This document shows positions 38,644 through 48,247 of a stretch of 64,000 bases of DNA, in pieces. Source of the DNA: Chloroflexota bacterium (GTDB lineage: Bacteria > Chloroflexota > Dehalococcoidia > SM23-28-2 > JACOUE01); the NCBI GenBank assembly GCA_016178045.1, contig JACOUE010000006.1, forward strand, positions 1,067-65,066, given 5' to 3'. Position 1 is the stretch's first letter. Each line of letters begins with the position of its first letter. Both the position numbers and the translations under genes were made by a program. The notes under the pieces were generated by a model. It did no database searches, was not told the DNA's origin, and saw only the letters and a program-made list of their open reading frames with translations.

Positions 38644-39395
38644 TGGTCAGGGCCGAGAACTCTGCCGACAGTGAGGTCAAGGGCCGATACTACGCGGAGC
38701 GCTATAACTACGGCTGCCCTCGCGAGGAGCGCATCCTGCGCTCCATCAGGCTCTTTCGCTCGCTGCGGGGCGAAAGGCTGCTGGACGTGGGCTGTGGCGA
38801 CGGAGCGGTCACCGTGGCGCTCAAGGAGGCGATGAACGCCCGACAGGCCTTCGGGGTGGAAATAGCTCCGGAGGGCGCCGCGGCTGCCAGGGCCAGGGGG
38901 GTCGAGGCGCTCCAGCTAGACATCGACGGACACGACCTCCCCTTCGAGGACGATTTCTTCGACGCTGCCTACTGCGGCGAGATCATCGAGCACCTGTTCG
39001 ACACGGATCATCTGCTGGCTGAGGTCAGGCGGGTCCTGAAGCCGGGAGGCGTCTGCGTTCTGACCACGCCCAACCTGGCGGGCTGGGCCAACCGCACTGC
39101 CCTGCTCCTGGGTTTCCAGCCGTACCCGATGGCGGTCAGCCCGAGGCACGAAGCGGCCGGCAAGCTGCTGGCGTCGGACCAGGAGGGACAGTGGGGCCAC
39201 GTCCGAGTCTTTACTCTCCGCGCCCTCAGAGAGTTGATCACGCAGGCTTCGCTGCCGATCGAATCTGTGCAAGGGTGCCCGGTGACCATCAACACCCGCC
39301 ACTGGCTCGTGCCCCTTATCAGGGCCGTGGACGGGGTGCTCGCCAGGTGGCCGTCCCTGGCGAACCGGGTGATGGTGGTCATGAGGAAAGGGTGA
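38643..39395 (+). CDS. Class I SAM-dependent methyltransferase (paralogue of 35816)
   Basis: 250 aa. Has LLDVGCGDGAV, FDAAYCGEIIEHL and LKPGGVCVLTTPNL, colinear with the MT at 35816. Confidence 0.75.
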   Translation: MVRAENSADSEVKGRYYAERYNYGCPREERILRSIRLFRSLRGERLLDVGCGDGAVTVALKEAMNARQAFGVEIAPEGAAAARARGVEALQLDIDGHDLPFEDDFFDAAYCGEIIEHLFDTDHLLAEVRRVLKPGGVCVLTTPNLAGWANRTALLLGFQPYPMAVSPRHEAAGKLLASDQEGQWGHVRVFTLRALRELITQASLPIESVQGCPVTINTRHWLVPLIRAVDGVLARWPSLANRVMVVMRKG

Positions 39396-40603
39396 GGGAA
39401 ATCGCTGGGGTGAGAACTGTCCTGGCACAGCCCCTATGGAAGCCCTTGGTCTCGGCCTGGGACCTGGTGGCCCATCCACCGCCGGGATACCGGTTTGTGG
39501 TGCGCGACGGCGGCCTGGAGGCCGCGGCGCGCTGGGCGGCTCGCTTCACGACGCCTTACCGCTTCTTCTACCTGACCCGCCCCTTTCTTCCCCTGAACCT
39601 TGCCAAGGCCCTGTGGAACAGTCGTGCCCCTGTCCCGCCGGAGACCGACCTCATCTACGCCATGCAGTGCCTATGGTTCGGGAGAGAGCCGTGGGTGCTG
39701 GAGATGCAATCGGAGGGCCCGCATACGCTGGTTGGAAGCCTCGGCCTGTTCCGCCGGTTTCGGGAGAGGGTTCGCAGTGCCTTGCGGTCCCCCTACTGCC
39801 GCGGGATCGTCTACGGCTTGGAAGCGGGGAAACGGGCCCTGCTCCAGCTTTTGGATGGGGATGAGTTGGTTGAGGCGAAGGTGCGAGTCATACCCTGGGC
39901 GGTCCCCCTGAAACCAGCCGCCTCTCGACCGCGCGACGGCAAGGTTCGGCTCCTTTTCGTCAGCTCCGGCAACGTCCATGACCTGTCTAACTTCGACCTG
40001 AAGGGCGGCAAGGAAGTCGTGGGGGCCTTCCGGCATTTGCGCCAGCGCTATGCCAACCTGGAGCTGATCGTCCGCTGCCCGCTGACGCCCGCCTGGCGTT
40101 GGCGACTGGAGGCGATGGACGGCGTCTACCTCTACGAGAAGCCCTTGCTGGAGGCGGAGTTCGAGCAGCTCTGGCGGACCGCGGACATCTTCGTCCAGCC
40201 CACCCACATCACGCCGTCGACCGCCTACTTGGACGCGCTGAGCTACGGCCTGCCCGTGGTCACTAGCGACGTTTGGGGCAACTGCGAGTTGGTAGAAGAC
40301 GGCAAGACGGGCTTTCTGGTGCGCAAGTCGAGGGCGGCAGGTTACACCGACGGCTGGGTGGTGCGCTACCACAGCCCCGAGCACAAGCGGGACTGGCACA
40401 CGCTGGACGAGGAGGTAGTGGAGGGGCTCGTAGAGCGACTTGCTCTCCTGATCGAAGACGAGGGGCTGCGGAGCCGGATGAGCGCAGCTGCTCGGACAGA
40501 GATCGCTGAGGGCCAGCACTCCTTCAAGATGCGCAACGCGGCTCTCAAGCAGTTCCTCGATTCCGCCCTCGAGTTTGTTCCGAGCCCGGAGGGCGGTTCT
40601 TGA
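39392..40603 (+). CDS. GT-B glycosyltransferase, member 2 of three paralogues
   Basis: GTG at residue 68 of track ORF 39191..40603 (GTGA overlap). Has LLFVSSGN...FDLKGGKE...DALSYGLPVVTSDVWGNCELVEDGKTGFLV. Confidence 0.7.
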   Translation: MREIAGVRTVLAQPLWKPLVSAWDLVAHPPPGYRFVVRDGGLEAAARWAARFTTPYRFFYLTRPFLPLNLAKALWNSRAPVPPETDLIYAMQCLWFGREPWVLEMQSEGPHTLVGSLGLFRRFRERVRSALRSPYCRGIVYGLEAGKRALLQLLDGDELVEAKVRVIPWAVPLKPAASRPRDGKVRLLFVSSGNVHDLSNFDLKGGKEVVGAFRHLRQRYANLELIVRCPLTPAWRWRLEAMDGVYLYEKPLLEAEFEQLWRTADIFVQPTHITPSTAYLDALSYGLPVVTSDVWGNCELVEDGKTGFLVRKSRAAGYTDGWVVRYHSPEHKRDWHTLDEEVVEGLVERLALLIEDEGLRSRMSAAARTEIAEGQHSFKMRNAALKQFLDSALEFVPSPEGGS

Positions 40604-41982
40604 AGGCGGAGTTAGGAGCTAGGGAGGCTGCCGCCGGGCTGCTCCCCGTGGTTGTGCCGGGCCCGCCCCATCTGGCCGCCCCGTTAGCGCGCATCGCGAA
40701 GAATTTCGTCTCGCTGGCGGCGGCCAGCGGGGTGGTGGCGGTGGGAGCGTTTATCCTCAACGTCCTGGTGGCCCGCAGCTTCGGCTTGGCGGAGTTCGGC
40801 CAGTACCGGTTCGCCCTTGCCTTCGTCGCCCTCTTCCACACGCTGTACCACCTGGGGGTTGGCTTCCTGATCATCCGGGACGTAGCCCGAGACAAGTCAC
40901 TTGCCGCAAGGGCGTTGGGGGCCGGCATCGCTATGAGTCTGGTGCTGGGCCTCCTCGCCCTGGTCTTGATCGCCCTGGTAGTGGCCTTTATCAGCTATTC
41001 GCCGTCTACCAAGATGCTGATCCTCCTTTTGGCTATCGCTCAACTCCCGTACACCCTCACGCTCCTTGGCCAGGCCATCTTTCGCGCCTTCGAGAGGATG
41101 GAGCTTGAGATGGTGGTCTCGGCTCTGGGGACGGCGGCGACGCTCCTTCTCCTGTTGGTCGTCCTCCGCTCCGGGGGCGGGGTGGCCTCGCTGGGACTAG
41201 TGCATCTGGCCGCCAGTCTGGTGACCCTGGTCGTGGCGCTTGTGCTGGTGAGGATATTTTTCACCAAGGTGAAGGCGGTGTGGGATCTGCGATATTTTCG
41301 CTACCTGGGTTTCACGTCAATCCCCTTCGCCCTCAACGGCATCGTGCTGCCCGTCTACTTCAGGATCGACGTGATCCTGGTCGCGGCCCTGCGAGACGAG
41401 GCCGCCGTTGGCCTGTACAGCGCGGCGGTCACCCTGGCGGCGCCCCTCAGCTTTATCGCCGACAACGCGGCGAACGCCATCTTCCCGCCCCTGGCCTCCG
41501 CCTTTGTCTCGTCGAAGCGGTCCTACCATATGCTGCTCACGACGGTCTGGAAATGGTCGTTACCCCTCCTCGTGTGTTTGGGCATCGTGATGACCCTCCT
41601 GGCGAGGACCGTCCTGCTCCGGGTGTTCGGCTCCACCTACATCGAGGCTGCCACTGCTTTCCAGGTCCTGGTCTGGGCCAGCATCATTTCTTACTTCAAC
41701 GGCCTCTTCTTCCGCGCCCTGGAGGCCAGCAACCGGCAGGTCTACGTCACGGTCATCCTGGGCGTTGGGGCGGTGGCGAACCTCCTTCTGGGGCTGTGGC
41801 TTATCTCTGCCTTTGGCATCGTCGGCGCGGCGATAGCGTTTCTGGTGACCCAGGCCATAATCCTGCTGGTCACGCGCGCCGCTGGCACAGCCTTCAACGC
41901 CACGCTGCGGGTGGTAAGGGGCCCGCGGGGGGGAGATCGCAACGTGGCTGAGGAGCTACCAGCTATATCGATGGGGAAGTAG
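40600..41982 (+). CDS. wzx: Wzx-type oligosaccharide flippase (MOP superfamily polysaccharide biosynthesis protein)
   Basis: 460 aa and highly hydrophobic, with about 12-14 predicted helices. The N-terminus IAKNFVSLAAASGVVAVGAFILNVLVARSFG resembles Polysacc_synt proteins. Confidence 0.7.
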   Translation: MKAELGAREAAAGLLPVVVPGPPHLAAPLARIAKNFVSLAAASGVVAVGAFILNVLVARSFGLAEFGQYRFALAFVALFHTLYHLGVGFLIIRDVARDKSLAARALGAGIAMSLVLGLLALVLIALVVAFISYSPSTKMLILLLAIAQLPYTLTLLGQAIFRAFERMELEMVVSALGTAATLLLLLVVLRSGGGVASLGLVHLAASLVTLVVALVLVRIFFTKVKAVWDLRYFRYLGFTSIPFALNGIVLPVYFRIDVILVAALRDEAAVGLYSAAVTLAAPLSFIADNAANAIFPPLASAFVSSKRSYHMLLTTVWKWSLPLLVCLGIVMTLLARTVLLRVFGSTYIEAATAFQVLVWASIISYFNGLFFRALEASNRQVYVTVILGVGAVANLLLGLWLISAFGIVGAAIAFLVTQAIILLVTRAAGTAFNATLRVVRGPRGGDRNVAEELPAISMGK

Positions 41983-41984
41983 GG

Positions 41985-42893
41985 ATGGACGTCCGCCTCC
42001 TGCTCTGGCGAGCATACCGGCCCGCGTCCGGCCTGTTAGCGGACATGGTGAGCAGCACGGGCCTGACGAAGCTGCCAATCGTCTGGCCGGCGCTGAAAGC
42101 CATCGGAGCGATGGAATACGCTGTCCGTCGCTTCGTTTTCGCTTCGCCGGAAGAACGCCTCGCTACGGTTCAGGGCCACAGGATGTACCTGGGAGCGTAC
42201 GCCGATGCAGGATTCTTGTACGACACGTACGAGCCGGGCACCACGAAGCTATTCCAGCGCCTGGTTGGGCCCGGAATGACGGTGATGGACGTGGGCGCAC
42301 ACTGGGGCTACTTCACCCTGCTCGCCGCCCGAGGCGTAGGGGAGGGTGGTAGGGTGTACGCCTTTGAGCCGCATCCCGATAACTGGGCTCTGCTAGTGAA
42401 GAACGTCCAGACCAACGGGTATAGCAACGTCGTTGCCGTTCAGAAGGCGGTAGCCGACCGAGCAGGGCAGGTGCCCCTCTTCCTCGGCAAGAGCGATGCT
42501 GGCTGTAACAGCTTGTATCGCAACCCCTTAACGCGCGAGGAGAGCATACCGGTCGAGGTCACGACTCTAGATGCCTTCCTGGAGAGGGAGGGAGGACCCC
42601 GCGTCGACCTGATCAAGATAGATATCGAAGGAGGAGAGCCCGCCGCGCTGGAAGGAGCGAGAGGGCTCGTCCAGCGATCGGGAAACCTGGGGCTCATCGT
42701 CGAATTTCATCCACGGCTCTTGGGGACGGCCGGGACAACCCCTGAAGAGTTTGTAGACCGCCTCTTAGGCTGGGGTCTAAGGGTTCAAGTGATCGATGGC
42801 GAAGGGGGGCTCACGCCTCTGCACCTCCCCACCCTTCTCCGCGAACTGAAAGGGTTCGGCTACGTCAATCTGTTCTGCGAGGCGATTTCTTGA
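41985..42893 (+). CDS. FkbM-family methyltransferase
   Basis: 302 aa. Has MDVGAHWGYFTLLAA...RVYAFEPHPDNWALLVKNV and IKIDIEGGEPAALEG. Confidence 0.8.
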   Translation: MDVRLLLWRAYRPASGLLADMVSSTGLTKLPIVWPALKAIGAMEYAVRRFVFASPEERLATVQGHRMYLGAYADAGFLYDTYEPGTTKLFQRLVGPGMTVMDVGAHWGYFTLLAARGVGEGGRVYAFEPHPDNWALLVKNVQTNGYSNVVAVQKAVADRAGQVPLFLGKSDAGCNSLYRNPLTREESIPVEVTTLDAFLEREGGPRVDLIKIDIEGGEPAALEGARGLVQRSGNLGLIVEFHPRLLGTAGTTPEEFVDRLLGWGLRVQVIDGEGGLTPLHLPTLLRELKGFGYVNLFCEAIS

Positions 42894-44167
42894 GGATGAG
42901 GCGCGTTGATAGTCGCCCTCGGGTGGACACGAAGTCACGCCCGGGTCTGACGGGGGGGAAGGATCGGACGGCGGGCGAGAAAAAAATCGTTTTCTTTGAG
43001 CCCCACTGGTTTGTCCAGATGGACGACCTGACCTACTTCATCCACAACCCTCCCGACGGCTACGAGTACCGGATCAAGGCGACGGGCTACTACAAGTGGT
43101 TTGACCGGAACCCCGCCCTGCAGAGACTCAAGCACCATCTGCTGTCCCGCGCTGTGCCCATCAACCTGGTGAAGTCCTTCCTGGAGAGGGGCCAGCGTCC
43201 TCCGCCCGGGATGGCCCTCACCCACGCCGTAAATCACCTCATCCTGCGCGACGAGCCGTGGGTGGTGGAGGTGGAGCACCCGGCTCTGCTCCTGGACGAT
43301 CGCCTGGAGTGGCTCAACCGTCGCTTCTACCGCCGCCTGCTGGAGCGGCGGCTGGCCTCTCCCTGCTGCCGGAAGATCATCACCTACACCAGGGCAGCTC
43401 AGCAGAGCATATTGAACAACCTGGACTGTGCGAGATTCAAGGAGAAGCTGGAGTGGATCCCCCTGGCGGCGCCGGCGGCCAGTGGGGCTACAAGAGCTCC
43501 CCAGCGAGACGGGAAAGTGCGGCTCCTTTTCGTCGGGTCCATCAACTACCCGACCGTCTTCTACTCGAAGGGCGGGCTGGAGGCGCTGCGAACGTTTGCG
43601 GTGCTCCGCGAGCGCTATCCTCAGCTGGAGCTGTACTTCCGGAGCGCCCTTCCCGCCGCGGTGAAGGGGGACTTCCGAGCGCTACCGGGACTGCATCTTA
43701 TCGAAACCCCACTTCCCCGCGAGGACCTGGAAGCGCTCTACGCCTCCTGCGACATCTTCCTCTATCCCGCTCACATGACCCCACGCCTGGCGATACTGGA
43801 GGCGATGTCCTATCGGCTGCCGGTGGTGACGATCGATGCTCACGCCAACGCCGAGTTCGTGGCGGACGGGGTCTCCGGTTTCGTGGTGAAGCGCTCGGAG
43901 CAGCTCACGTACCTCTGGGACGCCTCGATAATTCGGGGGAGACCGATCCTTAGGAGCAGTGCTCCCTTCGGCGGCGACCTCTCGCGGACGGACGGGCGGG
44001 TCATTGACGACTTAGCGGAGAAGGTGGGCCTCCTCATCGAAGATGAGGCGCTGCGTAAAAGGATGGGCGCCGCCGGCAGAGAGGAGGTAGAGCGGGGGAC
44101 TCATTCCATGGCCCACCGCAACCAGCGGCTGAAGGAAGTGCTTGATGACGCGTTGTTCCCAAAGTGA
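42890..44167 (+). CDS. GT-B glycosyltransferase, member 3 of three paralogues
   Basis: 425 aa. Has FFEPHWFV...PPDGYEY, LLFVGSINYPTVFYSKGG and EAMSYRLPVVTIDAHANAEFVADGVSGFVV. Confidence 0.7.
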   Translation: MRMRRVDSRPRVDTKSRPGLTGGKDRTAGEKKIVFFEPHWFVQMDDLTYFIHNPPDGYEYRIKATGYYKWFDRNPALQRLKHHLLSRAVPINLVKSFLERGQRPPPGMALTHAVNHLILRDEPWVVEVEHPALLLDDRLEWLNRRFYRRLLERRLASPCCRKIITYTRAAQQSILNNLDCARFKEKLEWIPLAAPAASGATRAPQRDGKVRLLFVGSINYPTVFYSKGGLEALRTFAVLRERYPQLELYFRSALPAAVKGDFRALPGLHLIETPLPREDLEALYASCDIFLYPAHMTPRLAILEAMSYRLPVVTIDAHANAEFVADGVSGFVVKRSEQLTYLWDASIIRGRPILRSSAPFGGDLSRTDGRVIDDLAEKVGLLIEDEALRKRMGAAGREEVERGTHSMAHRNQRLKEVLDDALFPK

Positions 44168-44915
44168 GGCCTCAGTCGCCCCTTCGGTCAGGGGAGTAGC
44201 GCTAGCGGGAAGGGGTGCCAGCGATCTGGCGCGCTATACCGACTATGAGCGGTACGTCGACCTGAGGAAGGTGGAGTTCATCGCCGGCGCTGTCGCGGAG
44301 TTCGCGGGCGCGGAGGGGCTGGGGTTGGATGTGGGCTGCGGTCGCGGCAGCGTTAGCCACCCCCTTGCCGCCCTCGGCTACGGTGTCATCGGCGTGGATA
44401 TCGAGCTGCGCGTAGACGGGACGGTCAAGGACGGACGCCTCGCCTTCGTCCTGAGCGACGCTCAGTCGCTGCCGTTCGCGGCCGAGACGTACGGCTTCGT
44501 CGTCTGCTCGGAGGTGCTGGAGCACCTTCCGCATCCGGAGAGGGCGCTGGAGGAGGCGTTCCGGGTGCTGAAGGGAAGCGGCTGCCTCATCGTCACCGTG
44601 CCCAACGGCTACGGCCCGTACGAGCTCCTGTTCCACCACCTGCGAGACGCAGTGGCCCGCTTCGTGCGGCGTCTCCGGAGCTCTGGGGAAGTGGGCGGAC
44701 ACGTCCAGGCGTTCACCCTCGCCGGGATCGGGCGGCTCGTTGATTCGAACGGCTTCGTGGTGGTGAGGGCGGCCAACGCCGACTTTCTGTCGTGGCTGCC
44801 ACTGCTGCGGCGGTGGCGCTGGCTGGGTCGGCTCGACTGCTGGATGGCGGAGCGGCTGCCGTCGGCCCTGGCGGGCGGCTACTTCCTCCTGTGTCGAAAG
44901 AGGGACGGGCGATGA
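44142..44915 (+). CDS. Class I SAM-dependent methyltransferase
   Basis: 257 aa. Has GLDVGCGRGS, FVVCSEVLEHLPHP and LKGSGCLIVTVPN. The start is uncertain because the ORF overlaps the preceding GT by 26 nt. Confidence 0.7.
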   Translation: MMTRCSQSEASVAPSVRGVALAGRGASDLARYTDYERYVDLRKVEFIAGAVAEFAGAEGLGLDVGCGRGSVSHPLAALGYGVIGVDIELRVDGTVKDGRLAFVLSDAQSLPFAAETYGFVVCSEVLEHLPHPERALEEAFRVLKGSGCLIVTVPNGYGPYELLFHHLRDAVARFVRRLRSSGEVGGHVQAFTLAGIGRLVDSNGFVVVRAANADFLSWLPLLRRWRWLGRLDCWMAERLPSALAGGYFLLCRKRDGR

Positions 44916-45793
44916 TCCGCAGGGCCGTATGGCGTTCTCTCCTCGCCGCCGAGGCGGGCCTGGAGGCGAGCAAGATCGCCGGCGTATCCCTGGGCGGCGT
45001 GACAGTCCGGGAGAGGCTGTTTCGGATGGTGCGCGGCCTGGTGTCTCCCCCGGCCAGGGTGAAGGTTTTTGGTGACCAACAGCTGTACCTGCCCAAGCGA
45101 GCCGCCTGGGAACCGTCATACCTGAAGGGAGTGTATGAACCGGGCACTACGGCTCTCTTCCAGCAGATTGTGAAACCGGGGATGACGGTTGTGGATGCCG
45201 GCGCTCACGTGGGCTATTTCACTCTGCTGGCGGCCAGCCTCGTCGGTAGAGCGGGCCGCGTCTTTGCCTTCGAGCCGGAGCCCGGGAACTTCGCCCTCCT
45301 GGCCCGCAACGTGGAGGCGAACGGCTACCGTAACGTTGTGTGCTGTCAGCAGGCCCTGTCCGACAGGCCCGGACGGGGCGAGCTTTTCCTCGGGAGGTAC
45401 AGCATAACTCACAGCCTCGCGGGCCACTCTGCCGGCGACGGCGGCCGGAGCGTCCCGGTCGAGACTACCACTCTCGATGATTTCCTTTCGAGGCGGGGGT
45501 GGCCTAGTGTGGAGGTCGTCAAGATGGACGTCGAGGGCTGGGAACCGTTCGCCCTTGCCGGCGCGACGCGGCTCCTGGAGCGATGCCCCGGCCTGAAGCT
45601 GGTGGTTGAGTTCACCCCCAGCCTCATATTGAAGGCGGGCGTCGACCCCGCGGCCTTCCTCCAGGGCCTTCGGGACCTGGGCTTCGAAATTAGGGCGATA
45701 GACGACGAGCGTGGGCTGATGCCGCTGGAGATGTCGCCGCCGCAGCGGCGTCACGGCTCCAACCTCTTGTGTGAGCGGGCGGTCAGGGCATGA
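44912..45793 (+). CDS. FkbM-family methyltransferase (paralogue of 41985)
   Basis: Trimmed by 40 residues to MIRRAVWRSLL (ATGA overlap). Has VDAGAHVGYFTLLAA...RVFAFEPEPGNFALLARNV and VKMDVEGWEPFAL. Confidence 0.8.
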   Translation: MIRRAVWRSLLAAEAGLEASKIAGVSLGGVTVRERLFRMVRGLVSPPARVKVFGDQQLYLPKRAAWEPSYLKGVYEPGTTALFQQIVKPGMTVVDAGAHVGYFTLLAASLVGRAGRVFAFEPEPGNFALLARNVEANGYRNVVCCQQALSDRPGRGELFLGRYSITHSLAGHSAGDGGRSVPVETTTLDDFLSRRGWPSVEVVKMDVEGWEPFALAGATRLLERCPGLKLVVEFTPSLILKAGVDPAAFLQGLRDLGFEIRAIDDERGLMPLEMSPPQRRHGSNLLCERAVRA

Positions 45794-47034
45794 GGGTCTG
45801 TATCATCGACAGGGCGGCCGGTTTTGAGCAGATCCCGATGCGGTTGGGCCCGCTCAGGCGTCTGGGTCACCAGGTAGACTTTATCTACAGCCCCTGGCCG
45901 CAGGCGCACATCAGGCCTTACGGTCGCCATTTCCGGGTCCTGGCCGCTCTCAACCGTTGGCAGCTTGGCCACGTCCTCAACAAGGTGCTGTTTTCGCTTG
46001 TGGCCCTGGGCAAGCTTCTATGGCGCCACTGGCGCCGCAGCTACAACGTAGTCCATATTGAGGAGCCGCTGGCAGCATTCCTCGCGCTGCTGCTGCCGGG
46101 GTCGCTGAGGCCCGTGGTCGTCTTCTCGACGATGGGTCCCATGCCCACCGAGCCCCAGCTTTCCTCCGTGTCTCCCAGGGAGAGACAGCGCCTGCTGTTC
46201 CGTACCCTCGCCCTGCCGTCCTACATCAACGTTCCCGCCAGGGCGATGCTTGCCTTCAACCTCAGGCGTGCCTCGCGCGCGGTTGTGAACAGCGAGGCGC
46301 TGAAGGCGGCGCTGGTGGCGATGTTCGGGGTGGACCCGCTGAGGGTGGACGTGGTGCACGCCGGGGCCGACACGGAGACCTTCCGGCCGGAGGCTGACGG
46401 CTGCGTGGTGAGGGAGCAGCACGGCGTAGAGCGCGGCGCTCCTCTCATTCTGGCGATGGGCCCGGTGCAGCCCCGTAAGGGCCAGCTCAAACTGCTGCAG
46501 GCGTTGCCCCTCGTCCTGCGCCGTCACCCGACCACCAGAGTGATGCTAGTCGGGAACGTCCTTTCTTCGTCCTATGAGCAGGCCCTTAGGCGGTCCGTAG
46601 CGAGCCGCGGTCTTGAGCGCCACGTCATCTTCGCCGGGATGGTGCCGCGCGAAGAACTCCCCCAGTACTACGCGGCCGCCGGCGCCGTGGTCATGCTCTC
46701 CAGCGCGGAGGGCGGTGTAGCCGAGGTTCTGCTGGAGGCCATGAGCTGCGGCAGGCCCTGCCTGGCCTCCGACATCCCCAACAACCGGGCAGCCGCTCCC
46801 GAGGGAGACGAAATGCTGTTCGTTGATCCCGACGACCCTGAGGCAGTCGCCTCAGCCATCAGCGGGCTCCTGGCGGACCCTGTGAGGAGCGCCGAGCTGG
46901 GCGGCAACGCGCGCCGGACTATCCTCAAGTACTTCCACTGGGATGTCCTGGCCCGTGATCTGGTGGCAGTCTACGAGAGAGCCCTAGCAGCCGGTGGAGG
47001 CGGTAAGCGTGAATATTCTCGCCTTGTCCCCTAG
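45790..47034 (+). CDS. GT4-family glycosyltransferase
   Basis: 414 aa. Has ILAMGPVQPRKGQ, FAGMVPREELPQYY and EGGVAEVLLEAMSCGRPCLASD (EX7E region). Confidence 0.8.
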   Translation: MRVCIIDRAAGFEQIPMRLGPLRRLGHQVDFIYSPWPQAHIRPYGRHFRVLAALNRWQLGHVLNKVLFSLVALGKLLWRHWRRSYNVVHIEEPLAAFLALLLPGSLRPVVVFSTMGPMPTEPQLSSVSPRERQRLLFRTLALPSYINVPARAMLAFNLRRASRAVVNSEALKAALVAMFGVDPLRVDVVHAGADTETFRPEADGCVVREQHGVERGAPLILAMGPVQPRKGQLKLLQALPLVLRRHPTTRVMLVGNVLSSSYEQALRRSVASRGLERHVIFAGMVPREELPQYYAAAGAVVMLSSAEGGVAEVLLEAMSCGRPCLASDIPNNRAAAPEGDEMLFVDPDDPEAVASAISGLLADPVRSAELGGNARRTILKYFHWDVLARDLVAVYERALAAGGGGKREYSRLVP

Positions 47035-48247
47035 CCTGCCGTCTCCGTTCGAGGGTGGAGTACTTCAACTCTTCCATTTCCTCCGGCTCCTGAAGAAGGA
47101 GCACGGCCACCACATAGACCTCATCTCCCTACTCCAGCAGCCCGCACCCCTCGGCCCCTCGCCGGAAGAGCTGTGGTTCTGCGACACGGTGCAGACGATC
47201 AAGGTCCCCCGCAGCGGCAGCGCCGCGAAGTGGCTGTACGGTCTGCGGGCGCTGGTATCGCCGCGGCATCTTTTCGGCGGGAGCCACACGTTCTTGAACC
47301 CGGGCTACTCTCCCGTGATGCAGCGCACGGTAGAGCAAACGGTCGCCTCCAATCACCTTGACGTCATCCTCGTTCACAACCTGTATACGGCCTTCTACGC
47401 CTGGGATGCGGGACTGCCGGTGGTTTCGCACATCGACTGTCCATTCCCTGAACTGTTCCGGAGATGGATGCAAAGTACGAGCTGGCTGAAGCTGCCGGTC
47501 AAGCTGCTGGCCCTCGTCATGTACTGGGCCAACCTGCGAGAGGCCCGCAGAGTCTACGACAAGGGATTCTACGCCCTGGTCACGGCGGGGTCCCAGGACC
47601 TGCCCATCTGGCGGCGCTACGTTCCGGACATGAACATCGCGGTGATACCAAACGGCGTCGACACGGAGTACTTCGCCCCCGGAGGAGCCGAAAGCCGCGA
47701 GCCGGCTCTGGTCTTCACCGGTACGATGAGCTCCACCGCCAATGTCAGCGCGGTGCTCGCCTTCTACCGCCGGGTCTTCCCGCGTATCCGGGCCCAGATA
47801 TCCGGCGTCAGGTTCAACGTCGTGGGGCAAGGCCCGCCAGAAGAAATCAGGGAGCTCGGGCGAGACCCGGCAGTGCTGGTCACGGGTTCCGTCCCCGACG
47901 TGAGGCCCTATCTGCAAGAGGGATGGGTGGCCGTCGTCCCCACGACGGTAGGCATGGGGTGCTCCAACAAGATCCTGGAGGCGATGGCGATGGGGAAGGC
48001 CGTTGTGACGACCCAGGCCCAGGGCGCGGGGCTGTCGATCGCACGCGGCCGCGAGGCCGCGATCGCCGAGAACGATGAGGAGTTCGCGGAACAGGTGGTC
48101 GCGCTGCTGCGGGACAGCGCTCGACGCGCAACGATGGGCCGGGCGGCAAGAGCACTCGTCGAAAAGCACTATACGTGGGTCGCGGCCACCCAGCGGCTCA
48201 ACGCCCTGCTGGAGGAGGCGGTAAGGGTTAATGGAACTGGCCAATAA
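47009..48247 (+). CDS. GT4-family glycosyltransferase
   Basis: GTG 5 codons into track ORF 46994 (VNILALSPSLP). The C-domain reads GMGCSNKILEAMAMGKAVVTT. Confidence 0.75.
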   Translation: MNILALSPSLPSPFEGGVLQLFHFLRLLKKEHGHHIDLISLLQQPAPLGPSPEELWFCDTVQTIKVPRSGSAAKWLYGLRALVSPRHLFGGSHTFLNPGYSPVMQRTVEQTVASNHLDVILVHNLYTAFYAWDAGLPVVSHIDCPFPELFRRWMQSTSWLKLPVKLLALVMYWANLREARRVYDKGFYALVTAGSQDLPIWRRYVPDMNIAVIPNGVDTEYFAPGGAESREPALVFTGTMSSTANVSAVLAFYRRVFPRIRAQISGVRFNVVGQGPPEEIRELGRDPAVLVTGSVPDVRPYLQEGWVAVVPTTVGMGCSNKILEAMAMGKAVVTTQAQGAGLSIARGREAAIAENDEEFAEQVVALLRDSARRATMGRAARALVEKHYTWVAATQRLNALLEEAVRVNGTGQ

